From the NCBI RefSeq assembly GCF_009914755.1, contig NC_060930.1: a DNA stretch of 64,000 bases. The stretch is one strand, 5' to 3'. The notes beneath the pieces were generated by a model. That model ran no database searches, had not been told where the DNA came from, and saw only the letters and a list, made by a program, of their open reading frames with translations. This document shows positions 13,514 to 27,849 of the stretch, one piece after another; the first letter of the stretch is position 1; every line of letters begins with the position of its first letter. The stretch is from the human T2T-CHM13v2.0 reference genome, Homo sapiens. The position numbers and the translations under genes were made by a program.

Positions 13514-13570
13514 TCTCACTTCAGTCTCCCAAATTGCTGGGACCACAGGCATGTGCCACTGCACCCCGCC
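13514..13570 (-). mobile_element. Short Alu monomer fragment
   Basis: cagtctcccaaattgctgggaccacaggcatgtgccactgcaccccgcc. Confidence 0.7.
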
Positions 13571-14493
13571 TCTCTCGCTCTTCATTTTAATCTCTCTGTA
13601 ATTGTATTTCTTCTTTATCTGATGTACAAGCTTATTGTAGGGGTATTTCCTCCCCACCCCCCTCACCCTGCAAAACGTTATCTTTAAATCAGTGGTGCAT
13701 CTTAAACCTGATACCGTTTAGAATCAAGGAGATTCTTGTGCCATTTTCCAAGCAGACAGGTCCAGCCTTGGGAAGATGGCAGCCATCTCCCTTGGCCTCT
13801 CTAACTAGGCTTCTCTCATCAAGGTGAATCCTGCATAGTGGGAGTAAATGCATGTGTCATGGCTGCAAACGTAGCCTTGCCGTGTTTATAGCCAAAAAAG
13901 TTATGCATCTCTAGGAGGTGCAGTGGAGCCTCCGGAGCCCAATCCTCTAGGTCTGCCTCAAGACAAGGTGTTTTAAGGGGTCAGTCTTAGCTGAGGTTCA
14001 TACAATTATTTGGATCTTGAGAATAACCGTATGAACTTGTATGCACACAGACACGTACGTTCAGCATTTGTGCCTTCCAGTTCAAGGACTTCACCTACAT
14101 TAGCCGTCCTTCTTTTCCAGGGACCCTGAAAGGATGGTGTTATTCACACTGAAGTTATGAAACTGCAGCTACGGAAATGGGGAACTGGTCTCAAGCAGTG
14201 ACAGCGACTGAGCGTCAGTGCAGGAAGCCCGATGGCTGGAGTGACCCAGCATTAAGAGGGGGATGAAGAGTGGAAAGAGAACCCGTCTAGGCATTTATGG
14301 AGCTGGGACAATGGGCTTCTTTCCAGGCTCTGTCATTAAATGTTGGGCTGACCTTAGGCATGACATCCAACATATCTGAATTCCAGCGTACCTTGGGGGT
14401 TGCTAATGACTGCACCACTGTTATGCACCAGGTACTTTCCCAGGTGCTTTTCTGGAGAAAAACAGATGAGATGCCTGTCCTCATTGGTTTAGC

Positions 14494-14504
14494 TGAGAGA
14501 CAGA

Positions 14505-14550
<46 letters not shown>

Positions 14551-14588
14551 CAGAGAGAAAGAGAGAGGCGAGAGGGAGGGAGGGAGAA
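14494..14588. repeat. (GA)n/(GAGAGAC)n microsatellite, probably within an L2 fragment
   Basis: Directly visible. Confidence 0.9.
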
Positions 14589-16264
14589 CATAATAATATG
14601 TGCGGTAAATATGTAAATGGTACAGTAATATTAGGTGAGAGGTCAGCAGACATTTCCTGCCACAGAAGCTGCCGTAAGGATGTGTGCCAGCCCCAGGCTG
14701 GGCTTTGCCAATCTCCTTATTTGAGGAAGGAAGTGTGATGGGAGCATTGCTTCCAAACTCCCCGTGGTGATGAGCTAGTGTTGGACTTTTACTTCAAGTC
14801 CTTTGCAGACCAATCATTTTGTAAAATACGGTAACATGAATCACTAGAACATAAAATGAAAGCTTCCAAAATACAAGCCACATGGTTTTGTCATGAGATT
14901 CCACAGACGTGAAACTGTTGTGTCCACTTGCTCCGCAGCAGTAGCTCCTTCCTCCTTCCTCCCTGCTCCCTGTTCTTCTCTCCCACCTCCATCCTTTGCT
15001 TTCTCCCTCCCTTTCCCCTTTCCCTTCAATGGGTCAGAGCTTTGGCTCTGCACCTGGCCAGGAAGAGGATGTGTGCCTGTGGGCCTAGTTTTTAGCCAGC
15101 TTTGGCCAGAGACTGTTACACAGGTGAAATCCAGACAATAAACAAGTCCTTTGAGATGACGAGAGTTGATGTTTCACATTGCTGGAGGAGGAAGTTACAT
15201 ATGTGGAAAGAGGAATGAGTAAAAATAAGTCCTACAGTGTTGGGTGGGATTGCAGGTATTGTTGTCAGCTCATGGTGTTTAAAATAGATAGGTAGAAATA
15301 AAATGTACTTGCATATGTATACATATGCATTTACAATGTATGTGCATATCCGTGTATTTCCTGGTTCTATCTATGCTGCTAGGGCATGGAAGCAATGACA
15401 CCCTGGCAACAGTGAGCACACCTGGTACCCATAGCTTGGGTTCTAAATGCCACACACCACTGAAAGGAACCAAGGCTCCTTGGAGAGATGGCTGACTCCA
15501 GGGTTGGCCAGAGAAAATCCTAGATGAGCTTGGAGAATTTATTTTGTGCCAGAAAATATGGAAGTGCTCAAAAAGTGATGTGGGCTTTGTTAAACCAGTC
15601 CAGGAACCAGATCAAAGTCACTCCCACTGACCAAATGGAACACTTAAGCATCAAAATAATAGTGCGCTACAGTTTGTAACCCTTTGAGCAAAATAGGAAT
15701 TCAGGAGTTCACATTGATATGAATGAATAAATGAGAGAGAAGGGAAAAGCCTACCTTCTTGTTGAAGTCTCAAAGCTTTTCTCCACAAAATACTCATTAA
15801 TTCCTTACCAACTAATGAGTATCAGAAACTCATTACCTGACTTCACAGTGGAGAAACCTACCAGATCTCCTCTAAACCAAGTGATAAATTAATTTCACCT
15901 ACCAATAGGACAAACTAACCTCGGGTGCCTGGTACAGTTTGGATATTTCTCCCTGCCCAAATCTCATGTTGAAATGGAGTCCCCGTGTTGGAGGTGGGGC
16001 CCGGTGGGAGGTGTTTGGATCATGGGGCAGATCCCTCCATGAATGGCTTGGGTCATCTCCTTGGTGATAAGTGAGTTCTTGCTCTGAGTTCAAGAGATGT
16101 GGTCATTTAAAGGTGATGGCATCTCCCCTCAAACTCTCTCTTGCTCCTCCTCCTGTCATGTGAGATGCCTGCTCCCCTTTTCCCTCTGCCATGATTAGAA
16201 GATTCCTGAGGTCCCCAGAAGTGGAGCGATCACCATGCTTCCTGTACAGCCTGTAGAACCATGA

Positions 16265-16640
<376 letters not shown>

Positions 16641-16644
16641 TTAG

Positions 16645-16961
<317 letters not shown>

Positions 16962-18875
16962 TCAGGTGTTTCTTTATAGCAACACAAGAACAGCCTGACA
17001 CAGTGCCCCCAGATGTGGTACACTGAGAAGAGCACAGGGTCATTTCTAAGGGATTCTTGCCCAAAATGCACAAGTGACAAACCTGAGACAAGTCCAAACC
17101 AAGGAGCATTTTTATCCAACGAAAGACCTGTATTTAAAAAGTGAAGATCGTGAAAGACAAAGGCTTTGAAACTGTTTCGGATGGAAGGGAATTGGAGTTG
17201 TGAAACCACAGGCAACGTGTGACCCTGAATTGCACTCTGGACCTTTGAAAAACACTATTAGTGCCGTCGGGGAAACTTGAATGGGGGTTGATGTGACAGT
17301 GCTGTATAGAGCCGTGTGAATGTCTTGATTTTGACGCTGTGCTTAGTTTATGTAGAACAATGTCCTTGTGCGTAGGGAATGCACAGTGTAGTATTAATAA
17401 GAACAGATGACACAGCGTCACATGAGAAGCTCACTGGCTGGTTCAGGAACACCCAGGTGTACACGACAACCACCCAGCCCCGTCCTCATACATCGAATGT
17501 GACGGTATTGAGATAAATGCTAACAATTAGGGACCCCCCCGGTGAAGAGTACACAGCAGGAAGGAAGCTCTTTGTACCCCTTTTGCAACTTTTCAGTAAA
17601 TTTGCAGTTATTTCAAAATATAAAAAGTTAAACATTTGCTAGAAAAGTTTCTAAATGTTTACTCTCGGTTTCTGCTCAAGGGTGGGTGGCTTATGGTTCC
17701 CGCAGAGGCATTCCAAGTTACACGATCTGACAAGACATGGAGCGACCTGAGTTTGCGTGTTTCTAACACGTTGGCTTGAATCCAGCATGTGCTGGTGCTG
17801 GCTGTGTCCTGATGTGGCAGTGAGAGCTGCTTCTCCCTATAATTTCAATCACGCAGCTGGAGAAATCCCCATGAAATACTCCACCAAGGTGAATGAGCAC
17901 GAGAGGCATTTCTACACGAGAAGTCCCTTTCTCCAGCTCCTAGCACACTTGGTAGCACCTACGAATCCTAAGGGAGGTGTTTTCTGTAGGCACAGATGTT
18001 CCTGGTATAGAAATCTGACCAACAGAGAGTACCCCTGGGTGGGGCCATAGCGCATCCCACGTCCTGGACCCAGCCCTTTGGGAGACGGAGGCAAAAGGCG
18101 ATTTGGCACAGAAGTAGCCTATTGTTTAAGTTGTTTGGGCGTCCCTTTTGTTTCATTACCTGCATTTAATTTTGACTATTTTATGGAGTTAAATGTGTGA
18201 TCCTTCTTATTAGATTCTTAGAAGGCAGCTTTGCTTTATGCAAGAACACCTTCTATATGAACGTTTGTAAATGCTTTTTAACAGTTTTCAAGCAACCTTG
18301 GGCACACAGCTGGCCGGGGAGCTCCGGTGGAAGGGGCCAGCTGCTTGGCTGCCAGAATTGGAACGAGCATAGGACATGTGCAGCCACTGTAAACAAGAAT
18401 GAATTTTCCTTAACCTTTATGAGTCAAATATTTATTTTTGGAATATTAACAAAATCAAAAGAATTGCCGTGTTCTTTTAAGTCAAAACACACTGACGTGC
18501 AGCTTTTAAGAAATTTTATTTAATGGAATAGTCTTAAATGGAAGCTAAAACAAATGCAGAAACACTGGAGATTTCTTGCCCAGTGTACATAGCACTGAAG
18601 CAACATTAAAAAAATCTTTAATGCTCTATAAAAGAAGCAATGAAATCCCTCTTCCCATAAAGTGTCCATCAGATGATGAGCACGCTGAAAATTCCCAAGT
18701 ATGCCGTGGATAGAAAGCTCTTGGTGTGTGGCATTGTGTGTGTGCATGTGTGTTGAGGGGATGACAGATGTAAGTTCCCTAACTCCTCCCTCCCTTTACC
18801 CTCCCTCTCTCACCCTTTCCTTCTTATAAGCACATGTACGTGGGTAGGGAGATGTAGGAGTTGCTGGCTATTTAA

Positions 18876-19165
<290 letters not shown>

Positions 19166-19439
19166 AGAACTGCTGTTTTAAAGTGGCTAGGAACAGACCT
19201 ATGGAAGAACTCTTTTCTCTGGAGCAGGGGTGAGGAGAAAGGTAAAGCTATCTTTTCCAAACTCTGCAAAGCAGCATTTCTGCATGTGGACTGCAATTAA
19301 AGAAAGGAAAAAAGAAAGAAAAAACAACAAAAACGTTGCTCATTTTGTCTTAGAAACAATTTACCTCTTTCTCTTGGTTTTGTCGTGATTGTGTTTTATG
19401 GAGAAATTTGCACAGAGGTGATTTTACATACAAAACACC

Positions 19440-19612
19440 CAGAACCAGCGACATAATTTGCGGGGCCCAGTGCAAAATGAAAATTTGAGGCCCCTAGTTC
19501 AAAAGGATTAAGAAGTGCCACATGGGAACGACAGAGCATTATCAAGTCCAGGGACCTTCTGAGGCTGGGGTCACTGGCAGCACGGGTTGCCTGAAGTAAT
19601 GATTCAGCCCTG
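19440..19612 (-). mobile_element. MER45A (hAT-Tip100 MITE)
   Basis: acataatttgcggggcccagtgcaaaatgaaaat...gacagagcatta...cagccctg. Confidence 0.8.
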
Positions 19613-19642
19613 CAAACATGGAACTGTATTGAATTGTAAGTA

Positions 19643-19909
19643 CCAGCACTCTGGGAGGCCGAGGTGGGCAGATCACCTGAGTTCAGGAGTTTGAGACCAT
19701 CCTGGCTAACATGGGGGAAACCCCATCTCTACTAAAAATACAAAAATTAGCCAGGCGTGATGGTGTGCACCTGTAATCCCAGCTACTCAGGAGGCTGAGG
19801 CAGGAGAATCACTTGAACTCAGGAGGCGGAGGTTGCAGTGAGCTGAGATCACGCCACTGCACTCCAGCCTGGGTGACAGAGTGAGACTCTGTAAAAAAAA
19901 AAAAAAAAA
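19643..19909 (+). mobile_element. AluS, 5'-truncated
   Basis: ccagcactctgggaggccgaggtgggcagatcacctgag...A tail. Confidence 0.95.
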
Positions 19910-20529
19910 GCCCAACATAAGTTAGCAAGCTGAGTGTTTCCAGCATAAAGCAATGGTTTATGACCAAGTCACCACTAAGTACAAGTTTTAATTTAAGCCT
20001 GTCGCCAAGTTCAAGCAAAAGTTATTATTATTTTTAAACCAGTAGTTGGAAGAATTCAGAGTCTAAATTAAGGGATTATGTGGTAAAAAATTTTCAGAAA
20101 CTTAGTGAGTCTCACAGTTTGTCAAATATAAGCCTCTCTTCTGCTTTGTAAAATAGAAGTAAGGTATTTTAAGATTTCAGAGCTGAAGACCCCCACCAGG
20201 GGTGATCAGAAGTCATCCAAGTATGACATCCTTATTGAGCAGGTCGAGGAAATTAGACCCAAGAAAATAAATTAACCGGGAACTTGAATCTGCGACTTGT
20301 GGTTCAGTACTTGGCTCTTTGCACTACATTAAATTCTTTTCCACATTTTTCTTTCATGACTCCTTAGTGAAAGACCAATCAGTGGATTGGATTTGATAAG
20401 CTCGATTGACAAGTGGCCTGAGTGCATCAATGACTGTAGTCTCATGGACCCTGCAGCTGGGCCTATGTTCCAAGGCAGCCTTTTCCCCACTCCTGGCAGG
20501 CTGCACTTGGCAGGGTGAATACTTATCGA

Positions 20530-21085
20530 TGAGCATATGGAAAGTCTTCTGTGATGCTGGTGGAAGTGTAAATTGGGACAAATTCATTTGTAAAATAATT
20601 TTCTAGAGTCCAGTGACAATTCTGCAACATAGCAACTCTCTCTCTAAATATTTACACCAGGTAGAATCTCATACATGTGCTCCAGGAGACATTTTAAGAA
20701 TGGTCATAGCAATATTCTTTGTAAAAACCCCAAACTGGACATGACAACTCAAATGTGTTTAGAGAATGGATAAATATATTTGGTATACTCATACTTTCGA
20801 ACGCTACATGGCAGTGAAAAATCAATCAATTATAGCCAAATAGATCGATGTGGATGAGCTTCAGAAACACGATGTTGGGTGAAAAAGAAGTTACACAAGA
20901 ATACAAACAGCATAATCTCATCTGTATAAAATATATGCAAAACTAAACAATATTGCTTAAGAACACATACATAAAAAGAATATCAAGAAAATGATAAACA
21001 TAAAATCCATGATAATGGCGACTTCGGGAAGACATGGAGTAGAATAGGATAGTGGAGGAGCCCTGAAGGAACCAAGGTGTCTACA
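20530..21085 (+). mobile_element. L1ME-type LINE-1 3' fragment
   Basis: tgctggtggaagtgtaaattgg...gaatggataaatatatttggtatactcatac...gatgttgggtgaaaaagaag. Confidence 0.7.
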
Positions 21086-21087
21086 AC

Positions 21088-21750
21088 CTATTATCTATTA
21101 TCTATCTATTATCCATCTATATATCTATCGATCTATTATCTATCTATATCTATCTATCTAATATCTATTTATCTATTATCTATCTATTATCAATTATCTA
21201 TCTATTATCTATCTATCTATTATCTATTATCTATCTATTGTCTATTATCGATCTATCTATCTTTCTGCTATTATCTATTATCTATCTATTATCTATCTAT
21301 ATAGCTATTATCTATTCCCTATCTATTATCGATCTATCTGTTATCTATTATCTATTATCTATCTATTATCTATCATCTATCTGCTTTCTATTATCTATCT
21401 ATTATCTATCTATCTGTTATCTATTATCTATCTATCATCTATTATCTATCTATCTATTATCTATTATCTGTTATCTATTATCTATCTATCTATCTATTAT
21501 CTACCTATTATCTATTATCTATTTATTATGTATTATCTATCTATTATCTATCTATCATCTATCATCTATCATTTATCTATCTATCATCTATCTCTCTCTC
21601 TCTATCATCTACCATTTATCTATCTGTTTATTATCTATCATCTATCAATCTATCAATCATCTATCATCAATCTATAATTTATCTATCATCTATTTATTTA
21701 TCTACCTATCTACCTACATATCATTTGTCTATCTACCTATCATCTATCAG
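21088..21750. repeat. Long degenerate (CTAT)/(CTATT/ATTATCT)n microsatellite (GATA-type)
   Basis: Directly visible, about 660 bp. Confidence 0.95.
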
Positions 21751-21964
21751 ATTTTCCTTTGTAAGTGGTATATATTTCATAAAAAGTATGAAAAAAGGCT
21801 AAATGTAGAGGACACTGGCCCACAATGGAAGGTTAAATTTCATTTTGAGGCTTCTCCTTCAGCAATCCAAGATTTTCAGAAAATATTTAATAATCATGAA
21901 CAAGAAATATACAAGAAGAACACAATGTTTTTTTTATCATCTTAGTAGTTTATTCCTTGTCTTA

Positions 21965-22460
21965 ATTGTATCATGTGGAAATTGCGTTTGGCTGTATTTA
22001 ACAGAAAATTCCATAACAGTTGTTCATAGAAGATACATGTTCATGTCTCACTAACAAGAAAATAAGCAATAGATGTTATTAGGGACTCTAGTTCATTCTA
22101 AATCTCCTTTCTAGGGATTTTGTAGCCATCCATAGTCCACAGGGTGTGAGCTTTTGTGTCATGTGTGCAAGATGGCTACTGGCACTCAAGCCATCACATC
22201 CACATTCCTGGCTCAAAGAAAGACTATGGCAAAGGGCAAAAGGGACAATCTAGACAAATCTGTTCACTTGTAAAGGCTTTCCCAGAAGTCTCACTTGACC
22301 AGAACTGTATCATGTGGCCACTGTGAACTGCAAGAGAGGCAGGAAATGTAGCTGAGCACACAGTCATGCTTAGCCCTTAATAAATAAATGTTAATAAAAT
22401 TGGGGTCTTGTTATTAAGAAAATGGAGAATGTCCAGACCAATGCCCCCAAACCAGGAGGC
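21965..22460 (-). mobile_element. Old MaLR LTR (MLT1K-like)
   Basis: caagatggctact...agccatcacatccacattcc...gaccagaactgtatcatgtggccact...ctgcaagagaggcaggaaatgtag. Confidence 0.6.
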
Positions 22461-22795
22461 AATTAGCCATCTCTGCCATGCTAATTTATTGTTTCTGAAT
22501 AAGAAAGTTGAAATGCAATAGTAATTCTAAAATGAAAGAAAATTATTTAGGCTCTTTATTAATAAATATAATGCTATTAAGGTAGTAATTGATTCTGCTC
22601 ACCAAACGTGGCAGAGAAATATTCTTTTGTATTTTAAGCCTCTGAGACTTGTTTTTATTTTTAATTAGTTTGTTATCAAAGTATTAATTTGACTATATTT
22701 AATTTGAACTATATTTGAATTATAATTATGTTATTATATAATTATTATATTATATATCATATAATGATATATAATTATTTCTTATAATATACATT

Positions 22796-23507
22796 TATAA
22801 TTATATATTATATATAAAATATATAATTGTATATAATATAATTATATATTATATATAAAATATATAATTGTATATAATATAATTATATATTATATATAAA
22901 ATATATAATTGTATATAATATAATTATATATATATATAAAATATATAATTGTATATAATATAATTATATATTATATATAAAATATATAATTGTATATAAT
23001 ATAATTATATATTATATATAAAATATATAATTGTATATAATATAATTATATATTATATATAAAATATATAATTGTATATAATATAATTATATATTATATA
23101 TAAAATATATAATTGTATATAATATAATTATATATTATATATAAAATATATAATTGTATATAATATAATTATATATATATATAAAATATATAATTGTATA
23201 TAATATAATTATATATTATATATAAAATATATAATTGTATATAATATAATTATATATTATATATAAAATATATAATTGTATATAATATAATTATATATTA
23301 TAATTAAATATATAATTGTATATAATATAATTATATATTATATATAAAATATATAATTGTATATAATATAATTATATATTATATATAAAATATATAATTG
23401 TATATAATATAATTATATATTATATATAAAATATATAATTGTATATAATATAATTATATATTATATATAAAATATATAATTGTATATAATATAATTATAT
23501 ATTATAT
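22796..23507. repeat. AT-rich minisatellite, 41-bp unit x about 17
   Basis: Unit tataattatatattatatataaaatatataattgtatataa; one G per unit spaced 41 bp (three 40-bp variants). Confidence 0.97.
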
Positions 23508-25559
23508 TTGAATTATATTAGTTTTGCTATATTTGATGATGCTATATTTATATATTACTGATACACTAAACTCATATTTATTCAGAATCAAAATGTTCCG
23601 ACACATCAAATAGTCATTAAATAAATATCATATTATCATTTCTAGTGTTTCCTATTTATATATCTTTTTACCACACTCTTTTAAAAATACCATTAATTTA
23701 TATATAGTTATACACAGTTATAGTGAATCAGAGTAATTCCTCAATTAGAATAAATTACATTAGCATTTGTAGTATTGTGCTTACATTTTATGTAACACTT
23801 TTAATATGAGAGATGCTGCATTTGTTTCAATTGTTGAAGCCAGCCAAGCCCTCTCTCTTTCACATGTATTTGAAAATGTTAAAGAAAATATTCAAAAATT
23901 AAATTATGTTTCTCCTCTGTGAATTTAAAAAAAATACCTTTTTGTATCAAGAAGAAAAAAAGAATTCTTTAATCCTCTGGATTATTGCACACAAGTTGGT
24001 GACTCAAAATTCCATGGACCTGGCTGAGAATTCAGCTGCAAGATAAACAAAGAACTAACAGATACCCCCCACTGCTGAAAATGAATGCTTTCGGACGGGA
24101 ACAGACCAATGGCCGTCACAATGACATCAGCTTATTGTAACCTTCCCTCTGTGTAGACAAAATAACCGATAGGTCCTTCAGATCTGCCCGAACCAAAGCC
24201 TTGAGTCACCATCTCTGGGCCGCCACACAAGGGGGCCACCTTGGAATAGCATCTTTCAAACAGATGGCCCCCCAGATTCAGGATTAACGTGCAGTAAACA
24301 GCTGGATGCAGGCACGCCAGCAAGGAGATCCCGTCCTGCTGCTCCCCGCTGGGCACGCTGCATCAGCCTGAGGGTGAGGCCGAAACCTGGGATGGGCGTC
24401 CGGGCCTCCCTGCAGCCCGCGTCCACGGTGACAACTGTTGGGAACAGGACCATTTTTATGGCATCTTCATCTTTCTTTGAAGACCATTTATCCATTTCTC
24501 CAGCTTTTTTCTATTCGTTATATTAATATAAACCTGCAGAGTTTTGAAAACTGAGGATGAAGTTGTATTTTCCTTCCACCTTAAATATCTCTTAAAGAAG
24601 CCAGAAATGAATTAAAACAAAACAAACACAAACACATCTATTGGTATTTGGGGCAATGGAAAATGTTTCTCTGAGTGTCCTGATTTATTTGAAATGCTTA
24701 ATTAACCATAAAAATCTTACTATTTACATTGTGCTTTCTACCATAAAAACCTGTTTCACCCAATCTCACTCACCCAAGAGACTAGCAGGGCAGTGATTTT
24801 TCACCATCTCTCTCCCTGAGCCTACTCATTACTTCCCCAGATCTGGACAGATCACTCCATCTCTCCAGACCTTTGCAAAAGGGAAAAAAAAATTTGTTTC
24901 ACTTCCTTCACTGGGCAGTTTAAAGATCAATATGAAAATAAGGATAAGAAAAGTCTCTAATAAGCTTTTCTATTGGCATAAGATGTTATTGGTAGTAATA
25001 CTCGTGGCATCTAAGCTGCTCCTCTTTGTGAATGTGGATCAGATTTGGAGATAACCTGACTACCGCATCATCACTCAAATGTGAGTGCTGCAGCCCCGAT
25101 CAATGCACAGTAAGGGTCTGACTGCCATCCCCACTGCAGCCTGGAAAAGTGGCATCCCTGATCTCCTCTAGCAAGATCCTGACAGTGCAGCTTTATACGT
25201 GCATCTGCTAAGTCAAGCCAGAGTGCGAATCTGTGAGCTCAAATCTTGTGCAAGGTGGAGTCCCTTCTCCAGGGACAGAATCCACCTGTTGAGGAGTGGC
25301 AGGTTACAATGTAAGGACTCCCTTTGGCTGTTTAGCCACGGTCTGTTTCATAAAACCTTGATATTCTTCAAGGGTAGGGCAAACTAAGTCAATTTTCAGA
25401 AAGTATCTCTATCATCAATGGATGCATGACTATAATTTCTATGGTCGGGTGGCCTTCTCAAACAGAAGTCTCTCTGGAATAGTGATGTAGCATTGCCTGA
25501 GAGACCAGATAAGTTAAAGAAGATGAATGTTCTTGAACCTTAAGAAAGCCTTTTGTGGG

Positions 25560-25919
25560 TGTTATTAACTGAATGTTCAAAAGCCTCAAATGTGTCTGTT
25601 GAAACCCTACCCCCTTACATGATGGAATTAGGAGATGGGGGTCTGTTGGAAGTAATTTGGGTTAGATGAGGTCATGAAAGTAGAGCCCGCGTGAATAGGG
25701 TTCGTGTCCTTATAGGAGCCCCCAGAGAGCAAGTGTCCTTTCTCTGCCATGTGGGGACACAGTGAGAAAGCACTGTCTAGGAAGAACAGTTCCTCACCAG
25801 ATACCAAAACTGCCTTGATCTTGGACTTCCAGAATGCAGAACGACCAGAATCAAATTTTTGTTGTTATAAGTCACTCATGCTAAGGTATAGTGTTATTAT
25901 AGCCCAAATGGACCAAAAC
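25560..25919 (+). mobile_element. MLT1A-like MaLR LTR
   Basis: actgaatgtt...gttgaaacccta...gggttagatgaggtcatga...ccttgatcttggacttccag...gttgttataagtcactc...gttattatagcccaaatggac. Confidence 0.85.
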
Positions 25920-26109
25920 GGTGGGGTTACAACCATGTTCCCCTCAAAGTAATTTGGGTGGTCAGTAGCAGACTATGGAAAGAAGGGATAAAGGTGAGAT
26001 TTCCCAAATTACTTCCTACAAGTGCTATTACCTACAAGGTGTTCGGCTGCTGTGGAGGGCCGCATGACAGCTGGAGTAAACGCCACTCAGCTCATCAATG
26101 CCCTTGTCA

Positions 26110-27467
26110 CTGGCCACCCCTCACATCATCTCATGGGTGCCCTTCTCACTCAGAGCCCCTCACATCATCTTATGGGCACCCTTCTCACTCAGAGCAACTC
26201 ACATCATCTCACGGGCACCCTTCTCAGCTCTGAGCCCCTCACATCATCTGATTGATGGTCTTCTCAGCTCTGAGCCCCTCACATCATCTCACGGGCACCC
26301 TTCTCAGCTCTGAGCCCCTCACATCATCTCATTGATGGTCTTCTCAGCTCAGAGCCCCTCACATCATCTCACGGGCACCCTTCTCAGCTCTGAGCCCCTC
26401 ACATCATGTCATCGATGGTCTTCTCACCTCAGAGCCCCTCACATCATCTCACGGGCACCCTTCTCAGCTCTGAGCCCCTCACATCATGTCATCGATGGTC
26501 TTCTCACCTCAGAGCCCCTCACATCATCTCACGGGCACCCTTCTCAGCTCAGAGCCCCTTACATCATCTCATCAACGGTCTTCTCAGCTCAGAGCCCCTC
26601 ACATCATCTCATGGGCCCCTTCTCCCTCAGAGCCCCTGACATCATGTCATCAACGGTCTTCTCAGCTCAGAGCCCCTCACATCATCTCATGGGCCCCTTC
26701 TCCCTCAGAGCCCCTGACATCATGTCATCAACGGTCTTCTCACCTCAGAGCCCCTCACATCATCTCATGGGCGCCTTTCTCAGCTCTGAGCCCCTCACAT
26801 CATGTCATCGATGGTCTTCTCACCTCAGAGCCCCTCACATCATCTCACGGGCACCCTTCTCAGCTCTGAGCCCCTCACATCATGTCATCGATGGTCTTCT
26901 CACCTCAGAGCCCCTCACATCATCTCATGGGCGCCTTTCTCAGCTCAGAGCCCCTTACATCATCTCATCAACGGTCTTCTCAGCTCTGAGCCCCTCACAT
27001 CATCTCATGGGCCCCTTCTCCCTCAGAGCCCCTCACATCATCTCATCAACGGTCTTCTCAGCTCTGAGCCCCTCACATCATCTCATGGGCCCCTTCTCCC
27101 TCAGAGCCCCTCACATCATCTCATCAACGGTCTTCTCAGCTCTGAGCCCCTCACATCATCTCATGGGCCCCTTCTCCCTCAGAGCCCCTGACATCATGTC
27201 ATCAACGGTCTTCTCAGCTCAGAGCCCCTCACATCATCTCATGGGCCCCTTCTCCCTCAGAGCCCCTGACATCATGTCATCAACGGTCTTCTCAGCTCAG
27301 AGCCCCTCACATCATCTCATGGGCCCCTTCTCCCTCAGAGCCCCTGACATCATGTCATCAACGGTCTTCTCAGCTCAGAGCCCCTCACATCATGTCATGG
27401 GCCCCTTCTCCCTCAGAGCCCCTGACATCATGTCATCAACGGTCTTCTCGCTCTGAGCCCCTCACAT
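26110..27467. repeat. VNTR, 38-40-bp units (about 34 copies) with alternating A/B higher-order structure
   Basis: Shared core gagcccctcacatcat; A = ..ctcacgggcacccttctcagctc.. or 38-bp ..ctcatgggccccttctccctc.., B = ..gtcatcgatggtcttctca.. or ..catcaacggtcttctca.. Confidence 0.97.
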
Positions 27468-27849
27468 CCCATGCTGTCCCTCAGCTCCTGTGAGGCCCCC
27501 TGTGTGCTCCTATAAAGACAGTCAATCAGGCTTCCTCCAATGCGCCACAGACAGGATCGTGCGGCTCACCTTTCTTCACTTTTGCAAGGATAACTTCTGA
27601 TGTGCTCACAGAGGCCCCTATTTCCTTCTTTCATCCAGTCTGATACACTGAGTGTGTGGAAGAAGTCAGGCCTGTCGGACCTCAGTGGTCATCTATTGAA
27701 TTCTGCTTTGCACGCTTTAGCTGGTGGTCTCACTGTATCCTGAGATGCACTTTTTTGGGAAAGTGGACATGGTGTTCCCCTGTTCTCCTTCATTGGCCCT
27801 AAAGGTTTCCCATTCCTTTTAGGCAAAAATGCAATGTACACAACTATTC

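Noticed and set aside
13130-13666. 178-aa minus-strand ORF
   Set aside because: Runs through an Alu fragment; no recognisable homology or exon structure
21077-21945. 75-aa and 235-aa Ile/Tyr/Leu/Ser ORFs resembling membrane proteins
   Set aside because: Translation of the (CTAT)n microsatellite
26332-27456. 374-aa His/Ser/Pro-rich ORF, the longest in the window
   Set aside because: Lies wholly in the VNTR. It stays open because the units have few stop codons and the 78-bp dimer is a multiple of 3; the peptide switches repeat frame with unit length. No promoter, splice or homology support.
26110-27467. CRISPR-like look (constant core with variable intervening sequence)
   Set aside because: The apparent spacers are two recurring related variants, not unique sequences; primate DNA, no cas genes
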